Origin: an uncultured Alphaproteobacteria bacterium
GTDB lineage: Bacteria > Pseudomonadota > Alphaproteobacteria > UBA11222
Direction: 5' to 3'
Length of the DNA: 64,000 bases
Assembly: GCA_947258435.1 (NCBI GenBank)
Contig: CAMYID010000022.1
Coordinates: forward strand, 170,961-234,960
In this document: positions 53,216 through 63,680 of the stretch, piece after piece
Layout of the letters: every line of letters begins with the position of its first letter
Numbering within the stretch: position 1 is the first letter of the stretch
The notes under the pieces: generated by a model
What the model saw: only the letters and a program-made list of their open reading frames with translations
Told to the model about the DNA's origin: nothing
Databases searched by the model: none
Made by a program: the position numbers and the translations under genes

Positions 53216-54289
53216 ATGTCGCAGAAATCGCATATCGCAGGGGCAACAACCGGCAGAGCTGGCAGGGTAACGACCCGGCGGGTCGTCATGATCGGCTTTT
53301 CGGGTGCGCAGATCCTCGATATCACCGGGCCACTCGAAATCTTCAAGGGCGCCAGCGACGTTGTCGCACGCCGCGCACTTGCCGCGCATCCTGCTTACGT
53401 GCTTGTTCTGGCGACGACCGACGGCACGCCATTTGCCACAAGCTGCGGTGTCAGGCTGATGCCCGATTGCCGGCTCGATTCGCTTGATTTTCCGATCGAT
53501 ACTTTGCTTGTCTCAGGCGGCGCAGGCACGCAACGTGCGATGCGCGACGAGGGGCTTGTCGGATTCCTGCGTGACCGGACCGGGGATATCGGTCGGGTTG
53601 CGTCTGTGTGTAGCGGGGCCTTCCTGCTGGCACAGGCGGGCCTGTTGGCGCAACGACGCAGCGCCTGCCACTGGAACAGTTGCGATCAGCTGGCGAAGGC
53701 CTTTCCCGATGTGACGGTGGACCGGGAGGCGCTCTATGTGAAGGACGGCAAATTCTACAGTTCGGCAGGCGTCACGGCGGGGATGGATTTATCGCTGTCG
53801 CTTGTCGCGGAAGATTGGGGTCGCGCTGTCGCGCTGGATGTCGCCAGAGACAAAGTGCTGTTCATGATGCGCGGTGGCGGTCAATCGCAATTCAGCAGCC
53901 AGCTGTTGGCGCAAACCGCTGAAACACCGAAGCTGCAGCATTTGCTGGAATGGGTTTGCGATAATCTCAATGCCGATTTGAGCGTAAACGGGCTGGCGGG
54001 CCGTGTCGCGATGAGCCCGCGCAACTTCATTCGCGTTTTTGCGCGTGAGATCGGTGCAACCCCGGGAAGGTTCGTCGAATGCGCCCGTATAGATGCGGCG
54101 CGGCGGCGATTGGAAGAATCGCCCGATTCGCTGGAACGGATTGCGGAGCGCTGCGGTTTTGGCAGTGCCGAACGGATGCGGCGCGCCTTTCAGCGTCAAC
54201 TGGGTGTCAGCCCCCACAGCTACAGAGAGCGATTTGCCACGTTGGACCCGTGCGTTACGGACATGGAAAGGAACAAACAGAATGGGTGA
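53216..54289 (+). CDS. GlxA-family transcriptional regulator (DJ-1/PfpI domain + AraC-type HTH)
   Basis: N-terminal class-I glutamine-amidotransferase-like domain (VCSGAFLLAQAGLL) and a C-terminal AraC HTH (SPRNFIRVFAREIGATPGRFVE...). Confidence 0.8.
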   Translation: MSQKSHIAGATTGRAGRVTTRRVVMIGFSGAQILDITGPLEIFKGASDVVARRALAAHPAYVLVLATTDGTPFATSCGVRLMPDCRLDSLDFPIDTLLVSGGAGTQRAMRDEGLVGFLRDRTGDIGRVASVCSGAFLLAQAGLLAQRRSACHWNSCDQLAKAFPDVTVDREALYVKDGKFYSSAGVTAGMDLSLSLVAEDWGRAVALDVARDKVLFMMRGGGQSQFSSQLLAQTAETPKLQHLLEWVCDNLNADLSVNGLAGRVAMSPRNFIRVFAREIGATPGRFVECARIDAARRRLEESPDSLERIAERCGFGSAERMRRAFQRQLGVSPHSYRERFATLDPCVTDMERNKQNG

Positions 54290-54905
54290 ATTTGCCAACA
54301 GGATCGGAATCCTGATTTTCGATGGCGCCGAGGAGCTTGATTTCGTCGGACCCTGGGAAGTCTTCACCATGTCGAATGAGGTCTTCGCGCTTCGCGGCGA
54401 CAAGGAAACTGCGGACCGGGTTTTACTGGTTTCCGAAACCGCCGGGCTCATCCGCTGCGCCAAGGGCATGCGGGTGCAGTCGGATGTCGGGTTTGCCGAT
54501 TGTCCCCCCCTTGATGTGCTGCTGGTGCCGGGCGGTCAGGGTGCTCGCCGCGAAGTCGACAATCCGGCAATGCTTCAATGGATCGCAGACCGGGCTGCGG
54601 GTTGTAAATGGGTGACAAGTGTGTGTACCGGATCGCTCCTGCTGACCGAGGCGGGGCCCGCTGCCGGCCGGCGTGTCACGACCCATTGGGGGTTTGTCGA
54701 TGCGCTTGAGGAACGCGGCAAGGCGGAAGTTCTGACCGACTACCGTTATGTGCGGGATGGAAATCTGGTGACGGCGGCTGGCGTATCCGCGGGGATCGAC
54801 ATGGCGCTGTGGCTTGTCGGCCAGCTGCACGGGCCCGAACAGGCGCGTGCGACACAGATGGGCATGCAATATGACCCCGCCCCGCCCTATCAGGCGGAAA
54901 TCTGA
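54282..54905 (+). CDS. DJ-1/PfpI family protein
   Basis: From the internal ATG: MGEFANRIGILIFDGAEELDFVGPWEVF...VTSVCTGSLLLTEAG, with the nucleophile-elbow Cys. It overlaps the glxA-like stop by 8 nt (ATGGGTGA). Confidence 0.8.
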   Translation: MGEFANRIGILIFDGAEELDFVGPWEVFTMSNEVFALRGDKETADRVLLVSETAGLIRCAKGMRVQSDVGFADCPPLDVLLVPGGQGARREVDNPAMLQWIADRAAGCKWVTSVCTGSLLLTEAGPAAGRRVTTHWGFVDALEERGKAEVLTDYRYVRDGNLVTAAGVSAGIDMALWLVGQLHGPEQARATQMGMQYDPAPPYQAEI

Positions 54906-54998
54906 CGCAGGATCGCTGGCGCGCTGAACCGCTGAAGGTTTCCCTTCGCCGCCAATTCGGTTATTGCACTGGTAAAGGCGGCGACACACGGATTCACA

Positions 54999-56162
54999 AT
55001 GCAGACATTGGAAGAGTTTTGGGCCCTTGTCGTTGAGGTGTGGCAGCAGGGGGTGTTTGGGGCAGATGTCGGTCATTTCGTCACCGCGCTTGGGATATTC
55101 CTCGCCTTTTTCCTGCTGCGCGGACTGGTGACGCGTTTCATTCTGTATGAAATCAAGGTGGTTACCGCGCGCACCCATACGCCGATCGATGACGATCTTG
55201 TCGTGGCGCTGGAGGGGCCGCTCCGGTTTGGCTTCATCATAATGGGGCTGTTTTTCGGTGGCGAGTATCTGCAGCTTGAGGAGACCCCGGCGCTGCTTGC
55301 CGATAATCTGTTCCGCTCGCTTGTGACATTCAACATTTTCTGGCTGCTGTTTCGCCTGCTGCAGCCTTTGTCGCACCTGTTCACACCGCTTGAGGAATTA
55401 TTCAGCCCCGAACTTGTCGACTGGCTGCTGAAAATCCTGAAAGGGCTGGTTGCATTGGTGGGCGGTGCGGCGGTGCTTGAGATCTGGGGCATCAAGGTCG
55501 GGCCGATGCTGGCGGGGCTTGGTATTGTCGGGGCAGCGGTAGCGCTGGGCGCGCAGGATCTGTTCAAGAATCTGATTGGCGGCATGCTGGTACTGGCCGA
55601 AAAACGCTTCCGCGCCGGCGACTGGATTCTGGTCGATGGCGTTGTCGAGGGCACGGTTGAGAGAATCGGTTTCCGGTCGACCATGGTACGGCGGTTCGAC
55701 AAGGCACCGGTCCAGGTGCCCAATGCGGAATTCGCCGATAAGGCGGTGACCAACTTCTCGGAGATGACGCATCGGCGCATCTATTGGAAGATCGGTGTCG
55801 AATATGGCACGAGCATCGATCAGCTGCGCGACATTCGCGACAGGATAGAAGCTTATGTGCTGGGCGAGGAGGCCTTTGCGAAACCGCCCGAAGTCGCGAC
55901 TTTCGTACGCATCGACAGTTTCAACGCCTCGTCCATCGATATCATGCTGTACTGCTTTACCCGCACCACCGTATGGGGCGAATGGCTTGCCATCAAGGAG
56001 CAGCTCGCCTACAGGATCAAGCAGATCGTGGAGGAGGCGGGCACAGGCTTTGCCTTCCCCAGCCAGTCTGTCTATGTGGAAAGCCTGCCATCCGCGCCAG
56101 GCGATCCGGCGGTGGCCGATCAGGAGGACGGGCCAGAACCGTTTACACCGCCCCGGGACTGA
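54999..56162 (+). CDS. Mechanosensitive ion channel (MscS family)
   Basis: Several N-terminal TM helices, then the MscS TM3/beta-domain signature (FKNLIGGMLVLAEKRFRAGDWILVDGVVEGTVERIGFRSTMVRRFDKAPVQVPNAEF). Confidence 0.8.
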   Translation: MQTLEEFWALVVEVWQQGVFGADVGHFVTALGIFLAFFLLRGLVTRFILYEIKVVTARTHTPIDDDLVVALEGPLRFGFIIMGLFFGGEYLQLEETPALLADNLFRSLVTFNIFWLLFRLLQPLSHLFTPLEELFSPELVDWLLKILKGLVALVGGAAVLEIWGIKVGPMLAGLGIVGAAVALGAQDLFKNLIGGMLVLAEKRFRAGDWILVDGVVEGTVERIGFRSTMVRRFDKAPVQVPNAEFADKAVTNFSEMTHRRIYWKIGVEYGTSIDQLRDIRDRIEAYVLGEEAFAKPPEVATFVRIDSFNASSIDIMLYCFTRTTVWGEWLAIKEQLAYRIKQIVEEAGTGFAFPSQSVYVESLPSAPGDPAVADQEDGPEPFTPPRD

Positions 56163-56233
56163 TCTCTCAGAGGACGCTTTGCGGTGGCCGGTATTGCCGT
56201 TACCCTGTCGTAAAAACAGGGGAGGGACGGTAA

Positions 56234-57112
56234 ATGTCACGCAAGGTATGGATCGAGGTCGCCCTCAATGGCGCGTGGACAAAGGCGCATCAGCCCAATG
56301 TACCGGTTACGCCAGACGAGTTGATTGCCGATGCGCTGGCCTGCGCAAAGGCGGGGGCCGCGATTTTTCATTTTCACGCCCATGATCCGGTCACCGGCGA
56401 GCAGAATGACGATCCCGACATCTATCAAACGGTGATGGAGGCTGTGCGGGCGCAAACCGATGCTGTCATCTATCCCACCATGCCAATCCACCTTTATGAC
56501 GGCTGGACCGACAGATATCAGTCAGCTGCCGAGCTTGGCCGGCGCGGGCTGCTTGAATGGGCGGTGGTCGATCCCGGCTCGCTCAATCTCAATGCCTATG
56601 ATTTCGCGACCAAGAGGCTGCGCGGCAAGGGGACGGTCTATGTCAATACGGATGCTGAAATCAGGCGCGGCATGGCGTTGGCGGCCGAGCATAGCTTCCA
56701 TGCGGAATATGCCTGTTTCGAACCCGGTTTTATCCGGCTGGGGGCGGCCATGCATCGCGAATATCCCGATGCGCCCTGCCCGATCTACAGCTTCCGCTTT
56801 GCCGAGGATCTGACCTTCGGTCTGCCGCCCGAGGAATGGGCGCTCGATGCGATGTTGCGGCTGCTTGAAACCGAAGCGCCGGGCGCGCCCTGGATGGCGG
56901 CAAGCATGGGTGGCAACATGACAAAGCTGATCGCCGCCACCGTGAGGCGGGGCGGACATGTGCGCACCGGGCTTGAGGATGCCCCGTTTGGTACCGGACA
57001 TACCAATTTGTCGCTTGTGGAGGAATGCGTTGCCGCGATCACCGCGGCGGGGGCGGAACCTGCCACCGGTTCCGATGTGCGGGCCGACCTGAAGGCAATC
57101 ACTCAGGGCTGA
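56234..57112 (+). CDS. 3-keto-5-aminohexanoate cleavage enzyme family protein (BKACE/DUF849)
   Basis: VWIEVALNGAWTKAHQPNVPVTPDELIADALACAKAGAAIFHFHAHDP; the BKACE TIM-barrel N-terminus with Zn-binding His residues. Confidence 0.75.
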   Translation: MSRKVWIEVALNGAWTKAHQPNVPVTPDELIADALACAKAGAAIFHFHAHDPVTGEQNDDPDIYQTVMEAVRAQTDAVIYPTMPIHLYDGWTDRYQSAAELGRRGLLEWAVVDPGSLNLNAYDFATKRLRGKGTVYVNTDAEIRRGMALAAEHSFHAEYACFEPGFIRLGAAMHREYPDAPCPIYSFRFAEDLTFGLPPEEWALDAMLRLLETEAPGAPWMAASMGGNMTKLIAATVRRGGHVRTGLEDAPFGTGHTNLSLVEECVAAITAAGAEPATGSDVRADLKAITQG

Positions 57113-57130
57113 TATAATCAGGACTGACAT

Positions 57131-57166
57131 AAAAAGGGCTGACGCGGAGGCCAGCCCTTTTGTTTC
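57131..57166. terminator. Bidirectional rho-independent terminator between BKACE gene and petC
   Basis: AAAAAGGGCTG-acgcggaggc-CAGCCCTTTTGTTT; an A-tract upstream and a T-tract downstream, between convergent genes. Confidence 0.6.
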
Positions 57167-57189
57167 CTGTCAGAAATTCCTGTCCGGCG

Positions 57190-57978
57190 TCAGTGCAGAT
57201 CCTCCCACACGCGCTTCTTGGTTGCATAAAGCAGTCCGGCAAAGACGATCAGGAAGATCATGACCTTCAAGCCGAGCCGTTTGCGTTCTTCAAGCTTGGG
57301 TTCAGCTGCCCAATGCAGGAATTCGACAACATCCTTTGACATCTGCTCGACTGTCGCGGGGGTGCCGTCCTCATATTCGACCTGATCCTCGAACAGCGGC
57401 TGCGCCATGGCGATCTGCCCGCCCGAGAAATAGGGATTGTAATTCATCCCTTCCCCAACCGTGACGCCTTCGGGCGCGTCCTGGTAACCGGTCAGGATCG
57501 AGTAGACATGATTCGGACCGTTTTTGCGCGCCTTGGTCATCAGCGACAGATCCGGCGGGTAAGCGCCGTTATTTGACGCCCGGGCCGCCTGTTCGTTCTC
57601 AAATGGCGACACGAATTTGTCTTTCGGTTCCGCCGGGCGTTCGAACATATCACCTTCGGAATCAGGGCCGTCAGTGACTTCATACTCCGCCGCGATGGCT
57701 TTGACTTCGGCTTCGGAAAGTTCCGGGCCGCCCGCATCGCCTAGATTCCGGTAGGCCACGAATTTCAGCGAATGGCAGCTTGCGCAGACTTCGCTGTACA
57801 CCTGCAGTCCGCGCCGCAGGGCGTCCTTGTCAAAGCTGCCGAAGGGGCCTGAAAAACTCCAGTCGACATCCTTCAGTTCCGCGCCGCCGCCGGCGGCCTG
57901 CGCCGGCAAGGCTATTGTAGCCGACAGGGCGAGGCCCATCAGGACGGGCCGGATTTTCGCACGTAACGTTTGCATCAT
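57190..57978 (-). CDS. petC: Cytochrome c1 (bc1 complex)
   Basis: Signal peptide, heme-binding CASCHS, and a C-terminal TM anchor (VMIFLIVFAGLLYATKKRVW). Confidence 0.88.
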   Translation of the reverse strand: MMQTLRAKIRPVLMGLALSATIALPAQAAGGGAELKDVDWSFSGPFGSFDKDALRRGLQVYSEVCASCHSLKFVAYRNLGDAGGPELSEAEVKAIAAEYEVTDGPDSEGDMFERPAEPKDKFVSPFENEQAARASNNGAYPPDLSLMTKARKNGPNHVYSILTGYQDAPEGVTVGEGMNYNPYFSGGQIAMAQPLFEDQVEYEDGTPATVEQMSKDVVEFLHWAAEPKLEERKRLGLKVMIFLIVFAGLLYATKKRVWEDLH

Positions 57979-57989
57979 GATTCTATCCC

Positions 57990-59267
57990 CTACGCGCTCT
58001 TGTCCGCAGACGCCGCCGCACCCTCGGATGCGCCGCCGCCGCCGCCCTTTTTATCCAGCACCGCCTTTGAGATGCTCTCAGGCAGTGGTTTGGGCGTCTC
58101 GATCAGCCCGAGTATGGGCATGATCACGAAGAAGTGGATGAAATAGTAAGCCGTTGCAAAACGCCCGATCAGCAGATAAGCGCCCTCAGCGGGTTTTGCG
58201 CCGATATAGCCAAGCAGCAGGCAATCAGCCACAAACAGCCAGAAGAACTGCTTGTAAAGCGGACGGAAACGGGCCGAACGTACCTTCGAGGTATCAAGCC
58301 AGGGCACAATGAACAGCACGAAAATCGCGATGCCCATGGCAATGACACCAAGCAGCTTGTCGGGGATCGAACGCAGGATCGCGTAGAAGGGCAACAGGTA
58401 CCATTCGGGCACGATATGTTCGGGCGTCGACAGACGGTTCGCCTCGATATAATTGTCCGGTTCGCCCAGTGCATTCGGCATGTAGAAGACGAAGGCGGCG
58501 AAGAAAATCATGAACACTACAATCGCGAACAGATCCTTCGCCGTGTAATAGGGATGGAACGGGACCGTATCCTGTTCGCCCTTCACATCGATACCGGCGG
58601 GATTATTGTTGCCCGGCACATGCAGTGCCCAGATATGCAGGATAACCACCCCGAAAATCAGGAACGGCACCAGATAATGCAGGCTGAAGAAGCGGTTCAG
58701 TGTCGGATTATCGACCGCGAAACCGCCCCACAGCAATGACAGCAGCGGGTCGCCGATCAGCGGGATCGCACCGAACAGATTGGTGATCACGGTGGCGCCC
58801 CAGAAGCTCATCTGGCCCCACACGATCACATAGCCAAAGAATGCCGCGGCCATCATCAGCAGATAAATGACCACCCCGAGAATCCAGAGCAGTTCACGTG
58901 GCTCCTTGTACGAGCCGTAGTAAAGCCCGCGGAACATGTGAATATAGACGGCGATGAAGAACATCGACGCGCCATTTGCGTGGATATAGCGGATCAGCCA
59001 GCCATAATTCACATCGCGCATAATATGCTCGACACTGGCAAAGGCGAAGTCCACATGCGGGGTGAAGTGCATCACCAGAATGATGCCGGTAATGATCTGG
59101 GTGATCAGGCAGAACATCAGAATGCCGCCGAATGTCCACCAGTAATTCAGATTCTTCGGGGTCGGAAATGCCACAAACGAACTGTGGACAAGCCCCATGA
59201 TCGGCAATCGGCTTTCCAGCCATTTCGCCGGCGCACTTTGCGGCTCGAAGGTCGGTGCTCCGCTCAT
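57990..59267 (-). CDS. petB: Cytochrome b (bc1 complex)
   Basis: 425 aa, 8 TM helices, heme-ligating His pairs, and the PEWY motif (PEWYLLPFY). Confidence 0.93.
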   Translation of the reverse strand: MSGAPTFEPQSAPAKWLESRLPIMGLVHSSFVAFPTPKNLNYWWTFGGILMFCLITQIITGIILVMHFTPHVDFAFASVEHIMRDVNYGWLIRYIHANGASMFFIAVYIHMFRGLYYGSYKEPRELLWILGVVIYLLMMAAAFFGYVIVWGQMSFWGATVITNLFGAIPLIGDPLLSLLWGGFAVDNPTLNRFFSLHYLVPFLIFGVVILHIWALHVPGNNNPAGIDVKGEQDTVPFHPYYTAKDLFAIVVFMIFFAAFVFYMPNALGEPDNYIEANRLSTPEHIVPEWYLLPFYAILRSIPDKLLGVIAMGIAIFVLFIVPWLDTSKVRSARFRPLYKQFFWLFVADCLLLGYIGAKPAEGAYLLIGRFATAYYFIHFFVIMPILGLIETPKPLPESISKAVLDKKGGGGGASEGAAASADKSA

Positions 59268-59279
59268 CCTTTTTTCCTC

Positions 59280-59798
59280 CTAGCCGATCTTAATGCGGTT
59301 ATCTTCGATAAAGGCGTATTCGGGCACTTCAAGATTAAGTGGTGCCGGGCCTTTGCGAATGCGGCCGGAGGTATCATAGTGCGACCCGTGGCAGGGGCAG
59401 AACCAGCCATCATATTCACCCTTTTCCCCAAGCGGGACGCAGCCAAGATGCGTGCAGATCCCCAGCATGACCAGCCATTCGGGGCGTTTCACCCGCTCTG
59501 CATCGGTCTGCGGATCGCGCAATTCACTGATATCGACGGTTTTCGCCGCTTCGATTTCAGCTTCCGTGCGGTGCCGGATGAAGACAGGCTTGCCGCGCCA
59601 TGTCACGGTCACCGCGCCGCCCTCATCAATTGTGGACAGATCGACTTCAATCGATGCCAGCGCCAGAACCGAGGCATCGGGGTTGAGTTGATCAATGAAT
59701 GGCCAGGCTAATGCCGCCGCGCCAACAGCGCCAACGGCACCGGTAGCAATATATAAGAAATCCCGCCTTGTGGGCTCTTCCGCGTGATCGGTCGCCAC
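59280..59798 (-). CDS. petA: Ubiquinol-cytochrome c reductase Rieske iron-sulfur subunit
   Basis: Tat-like N-terminus (RRDFLY); Rieske boxes CTHLGC and CPCHGS. Confidence 0.9.
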   Translation of the reverse strand: MATDHAEEPTRRDFLYIATGAVGAVGAAALAWPFIDQLNPDASVLALASIEVDLSTIDEGGAVTVTWRGKPVFIRHRTEAEIEAAKTVDISELRDPQTDAERVKRPEWLVMLGICTHLGCVPLGEKGEYDGWFCPCHGSHYDTSGRIRKGPAPLNLEVPEYAFIEDNRIKIG

Positions 59799-60125
59799 TT
59801 TAGCTTCCCTCTATGCTTTGCGCTGTCTGCCGCGATGTGCAAAACCCATAATACACATCGCCGGCCCCCCAGCGTGCTCGATATGGAATGCGCACTTTTC
59901 GCATTAGAATATGCGCTTGTCCAGACCCGCGACGCGGCAGAATGCGGTTGAATGCATTTCTGTCGTCGCCGGGCTGCGTGACGCGCGGCTGAATGCGCCC
60001 GTATTATGGGCTGAATTCAGGGCGCATGGGTCGGTTTTGTCCGGTTGGCCGTTGATCGCTTTGCAGGTGAATCAGGGTGGACGCGGGGGCGTCAGGCGCC
60101 TCTGACGAAACAGAGATTGGAAGAT

Positions 60126-60629
60126 ATGATGCTGCGGCTTGCGCTTTATGAGCCCGATATTCCGCAAAATACCGGCACATTGCTGCGGCTGGGAGCATGT
60201 CTTGGGGTACCGGTTGATATTATCGAGCCCTGCGGGTTCCTGCTGACCGACCGTGCATTCCGGCGGGCGGGTATGGATTATCTTGATCAGGCGGCGATGA
60301 CCCGCCATCAGGGCTGGCCGGATTTTCTCGCAACGCAAAAATCTGCGGCAAATGGTCCGATGCGGCGTCTCGTCCTGTTGACCACTTCAGCGGAAATTCC
60401 CTACACCGAATTTCGTTTTGCAGCGCATGATACGCTGTTGCTCGGTCGTGAAAGCGCGGGCGTGCCGGATGCGGTTCACGCTGCGGCCGACGCCCGGCTG
60501 TGCATTCCGATGGTGCCGGGTGGCCGCTCGCTGAATGTCGCGGTTGCCGGTGCGATGGTGCTTGGTGAGGCGTTGCGGCAATGTGACGGCTTTGCCGGGC
60601 GTGAACCAAAGGCCGGGCAGGCAAGTTGA
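60126..60629 (+). CDS. trmL: tRNA (cytidine/uridine-2'-O)-methyltransferase TrmL (SpoU family)
   Basis: From the internal ATG: [37 protein letters not shown]...; SPOUT motifs. Confidence 0.78.
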   Translation: MMLRLALYEPDIPQNTGTLLRLGACLGVPVDIIEPCGFLLTDRAFRRAGMDYLDQAAMTRHQGWPDFLATQKSAANGPMRRLVLLTTSAEIPYTEFRFAAHDTLLLGRESAGVPDAVHAAADARLCIPMVPGGRSLNVAVAGAMVLGEALRQCDGFAGREPKAGQAS

Positions 60630-60642
60630 GGAGATAAGCAGG

Positions 60643-61494
60643 ATGCAGAGCATCACCGAACAGCGCAAGGCGCGCGCGGTCGATTGGTTCCGGGATTTGC
60701 GCGACCGGATCTGTGCCGAATTCGAAACGCTGGAGGATGAGCTGACAGGCACCTTTTCCGATCTGCCGGCTGGTCGGTTCGAGCGCACACCCTGGACGCG
60801 CGAAGGTGGCGGCGGCGGCGAAATGTCGGTGATGCACGGCCGGGTATTCGAGAAGGTCGGCGTGCATATTTCGGTGGTCGAGGGAACTTTCACCCCTGAA
60901 ATGCAGGCGCAGATCGAAGGCGCGGCTGAGGACCCCAGTTTCTGGGCCGCGGGTATTTCGCTGATTGCGCATATGCGTTCGCCGCTTGTGCCTGCGGTGC
61001 ATATGAATACCCGGCATATTGTCACTACCCGTGGCTGGTTCGGCGGTGGGGCGGATCTGACACCGATGTTTCCCGATACCGCCGATACTGCGGAATTTCA
61101 CCGCGCCATGAAGGCCGCCTGCGACGCCCATGACAGCGACTATTATCCGCGCTTCAGGAAGCAATGCGATGAGTATTTCTTCCTGCCGCACCGGGATGAG
61201 CCGCGCGGGGTGGGCGGAATTTTCTACGATCATCACGATTCGGGTGTCTGGGAGTCCGATTTCGCCTTCACCAGGGATGTCGGCGAAGCGTTTCTGGGTG
61301 TGTATCCGCGTCTTGTGCGCCGGCATATGAACGCGCCCTGGACAGAGGAACAGCGCGAGGCGCAGCTTATCAAGCGCGGCCGCTATGTGGAGTTCAACCT
61401 GCTTTATGATCGCGGTACGACTTTCGGGCTGAAGACCGGCGGGAATGTGGCGGCGATCCTGTCCTCCATGCCGCCGGTGGTGAAATGGCCCTGA
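60643..61494 (+). CDS. hemF: Oxygen-dependent coproporphyrinogen III oxidase
   Basis: From the internal ATG: [10 protein letters not shown]...[24 protein letters not shown]...HMNTRHIV...[16 protein letters not shown]; HemF signature. Confidence 0.9.
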   Translation: MQSITEQRKARAVDWFRDLRDRICAEFETLEDELTGTFSDLPAGRFERTPWTREGGGGGEMSVMHGRVFEKVGVHISVVEGTFTPEMQAQIEGAAEDPSFWAAGISLIAHMRSPLVPAVHMNTRHIVTTRGWFGGGADLTPMFPDTADTAEFHRAMKAACDAHDSDYYPRFRKQCDEYFFLPHRDEPRGVGGIFYDHHDSGVWESDFAFTRDVGEAFLGVYPRLVRRHMNAPWTEEQREAQLIKRGRYVEFNLLYDRGTTFGLKTGGNVAAILSSMPPVVKWP

Positions 61495-61615
61495 CAGCCG
61501 GAAAGTCTCACCCCCGATAATCTCAGCCTGAAAATCTCACATAGCCGGGCAAATTAGGCTATAAAGGTTTGCAGGTCAGCGGGGCGCTTGCCCGGCGGTT
61601 GAGCGAGGAAACAGC

Positions 61616-62182
61616 ATGAACAATGGGGCAATGGGACAATTGGCGGGACGGATGCTCTGGTGCGGTTGCATCGCGCTGCTGCTTCTGGGGAGCGGCATAT
61701 CCGCCGCGCGCGCGGCGGTGACGATCGACGCCTTTTATGGTCGCTGGGTCGGGGCAGGCATATCCGAAAGCGAAGTCAGCGCCAATTTTCAGACCACCGC
61801 GCGTGATCTTGAGGTGGTGGTGAAACCGCATGGGGACGCAGGGTTTGAGATTGTCTGGTCTACCGTGCAGCGGCAGAAGGGCAATCCCGACGATCCGACC
61901 GAGAAAGTGAAATCCACGACCCTGCAATTCACGCCTGCTGCCGATGGGCTGTGGCGCGCGGGGGGATCGGATCCGTTTGCCGGCGCGCCCTTTGCCTGGG
62001 CGCGGATCGACGAAAACAGCCTGATTGTCAGCACCTTTGCCATCACTGAAGCGGGTGCGGGGGAAACCCAGATCTATCGCCGTACCCTGAGCGGTATGGG
62101 GATGCAGCTTGATTACCGGCGGGTCGTGGATGGTGAGCTTGTGCGTAGCGCGAAGGCCCGGCTGAGCAAATACGCCAACTAG
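61616..62182 (+). CDS. Hypothetical exported protein
   Basis: 188 aa with an N-terminal signal-like segment (LWCGCIALLLLGSGISAARAAV). No recognised motif. Confidence 0.4.
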   Translation: MNNGAMGQLAGRMLWCGCIALLLLGSGISAARAAVTIDAFYGRWVGAGISESEVSANFQTTARDLEVVVKPHGDAGFEIVWSTVQRQKGNPDDPTEKVKSTTLQFTPAADGLWRAGGSDPFAGAPFAWARIDENSLIVSTFAITEAGAGETQIYRRTLSGMGMQLDYRRVVDGELVRSAKARLSKYAN

Positions 62183-62252
62183 GGTCGCGCGGCAGGCAAG
62201 TTCTGCTGGTGCCGGTACGCGCGCATCTTTGTGCGTCAGGCGGGAATTTGCG

Positions 62253-63530
62253 TCAGACGGGAATATGAGGGGTTTCGCCGGTATAGCGCGCCCGGGGTCT
62301 GATCAGTTGCGGGGCCTGATATTGTTCGATCGCATGGGCGATCCAGCCAATTGTGCGTCCCAATGCAAACAGGCTGAGACCTGCCGATTGCGGCAGGCCG
62401 AGAATGAAGCCGATACTTGCAAGGGCAAAGTCGATATTGGGTTTTTGGCCGGTGGCGCGGCTCACCAGATCGCGAATCGTCAAGATGATCTGTAATTGCG
62501 GAAAATCGGGATAGACCTCACGCAGCATCGCGAAAAGCTGCGCCGCGCGCGGATCGCCCTGCGGATAAAGCGGCTGCCCGAAACCGGGTGGCATTTCGCC
62601 AGCCCGCATTCTGTCCAATACATATGATTCGGGATTGCCGCTGCGTGCCGCATCCTGCAGATAGGCCGCGACCCGCAGGCTGTGACCCCCATGCAGCGGG
62701 CCTTTCAGGGCGGACAGCCCGGCAATCACCACCCCGTAAAGATGCGCCCGGGTCGCCGCCACGCAACGGGCGGTAAAAGCCGAGGCATTCAGCTCGTGAT
62801 CGGCGCACAGGATCAGCGCGCCGCGCAGCATTTCGGCGGCGGCAACGCTTGGTAATTGCCAGGCCCGGGCCAGATAGTCATGCAGCGGCTGGGTGGTGAT
62901 TGCATGTGCCCGGTTATCTGTATGACCGGTTTCCCCATTCTCCGAAACCGCCCCGGCCAGGCCGATAATCTGTGTCATCAGACGCAGGATCCGCCCGCCG
63001 GTTGCAGCCCGGCCCGCTTTGGTTTCATTGAAAATCGTCTCATCGCCCGCCGCGGCCACCGGCAACAGGGCAAGGCATTGGTCAATCGGGTCCAGTCCGA
63101 TCACCGCTTGTTGGGTGGTGCGGAATGCGGTGCTTCTGTCGGGCAGCAGGGCGGCGACGAAGGGGTCGGTATCTTCCACATCCCATAGCAGGCGGGCCAC
63201 CTGCTCCACACTTGCATTGCGCGCCAAAGCGGTCGCATCGATACCGCGATAATAGAGTGCCCCGTCGGCGATCAGGGTCAATGCGGAATCAAGTACCGGC
63301 GATCCCCAATGCAGCGCCTGCGGGGCGGTGTCGTCCTGTGTGCGGGGACCTTGCGGTTCGCGCCTGGCTTTCAGCCGCCGCACATCCTCATTGCGATAGC
63401 GTCTCGAGCGGCCAGCCGGTGTCGGTTCGGACCGGATCAGACCCCGGCTGACATAGGCATAAAGGGTTGGCAGGCTGATCGATAATTCGGCCGCCGCCTG
63501 CTTCGCCGTGAGATAGATATCCTCATCCAT
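62253..63530 (-). CDS. HTH (MerR/excisionase-type) domain fused to citrate-synthase-like domain; predicted non-catalytic
   Basis: N-terminal HTH (LTAKQAAAELSISLPTLYAYVSRGLI). C-terminal citrate-synthase fold motifs (ILCADHELNASAFTARCVAAT; LSALKGPLHGG; LGRTIGWIAHAIEQ). The GFGHxVY motif reads PGFGQPLY, so the catalytic His is replaced by Gln. Confidence 0.7.
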   Translation of the reverse strand: MDEDIYLTAKQAAAELSISLPTLYAYVSRGLIRSEPTPAGRSRRYRNEDVRRLKARREPQGPRTQDDTAPQALHWGSPVLDSALTLIADGALYYRGIDATALARNASVEQVARLLWDVEDTDPFVAALLPDRSTAFRTTQQAVIGLDPIDQCLALLPVAAAGDETIFNETKAGRAATGGRILRLMTQIIGLAGAVSENGETGHTDNRAHAITTQPLHDYLARAWQLPSVAAAEMLRGALILCADHELNASAFTARCVAATRAHLYGVVIAGLSALKGPLHGGHSLRVAAYLQDAARSGNPESYVLDRMRAGEMPPGFGQPLYPQGDPRAAQLFAMLREVYPDFPQLQIILTIRDLVSRATGQKPNIDFALASIGFILGLPQSAGLSLFALGRTIGWIAHAIEQYQAPQLIRPRARYTGETPHIPV

Positions 63531-63680
63531 TGATATATATTGAATGACTTAATCAACATTGACCAGTCTAATCCGCATATCCATTCTGTCTGGCAGAAAT
63601 CCGGCCGTTCCGGCCGCTTGCGATTGTCAGCCCAGGGGCTGTCAGACAGCTCATTGACGAATGATGAAAGTGGTAACAAT

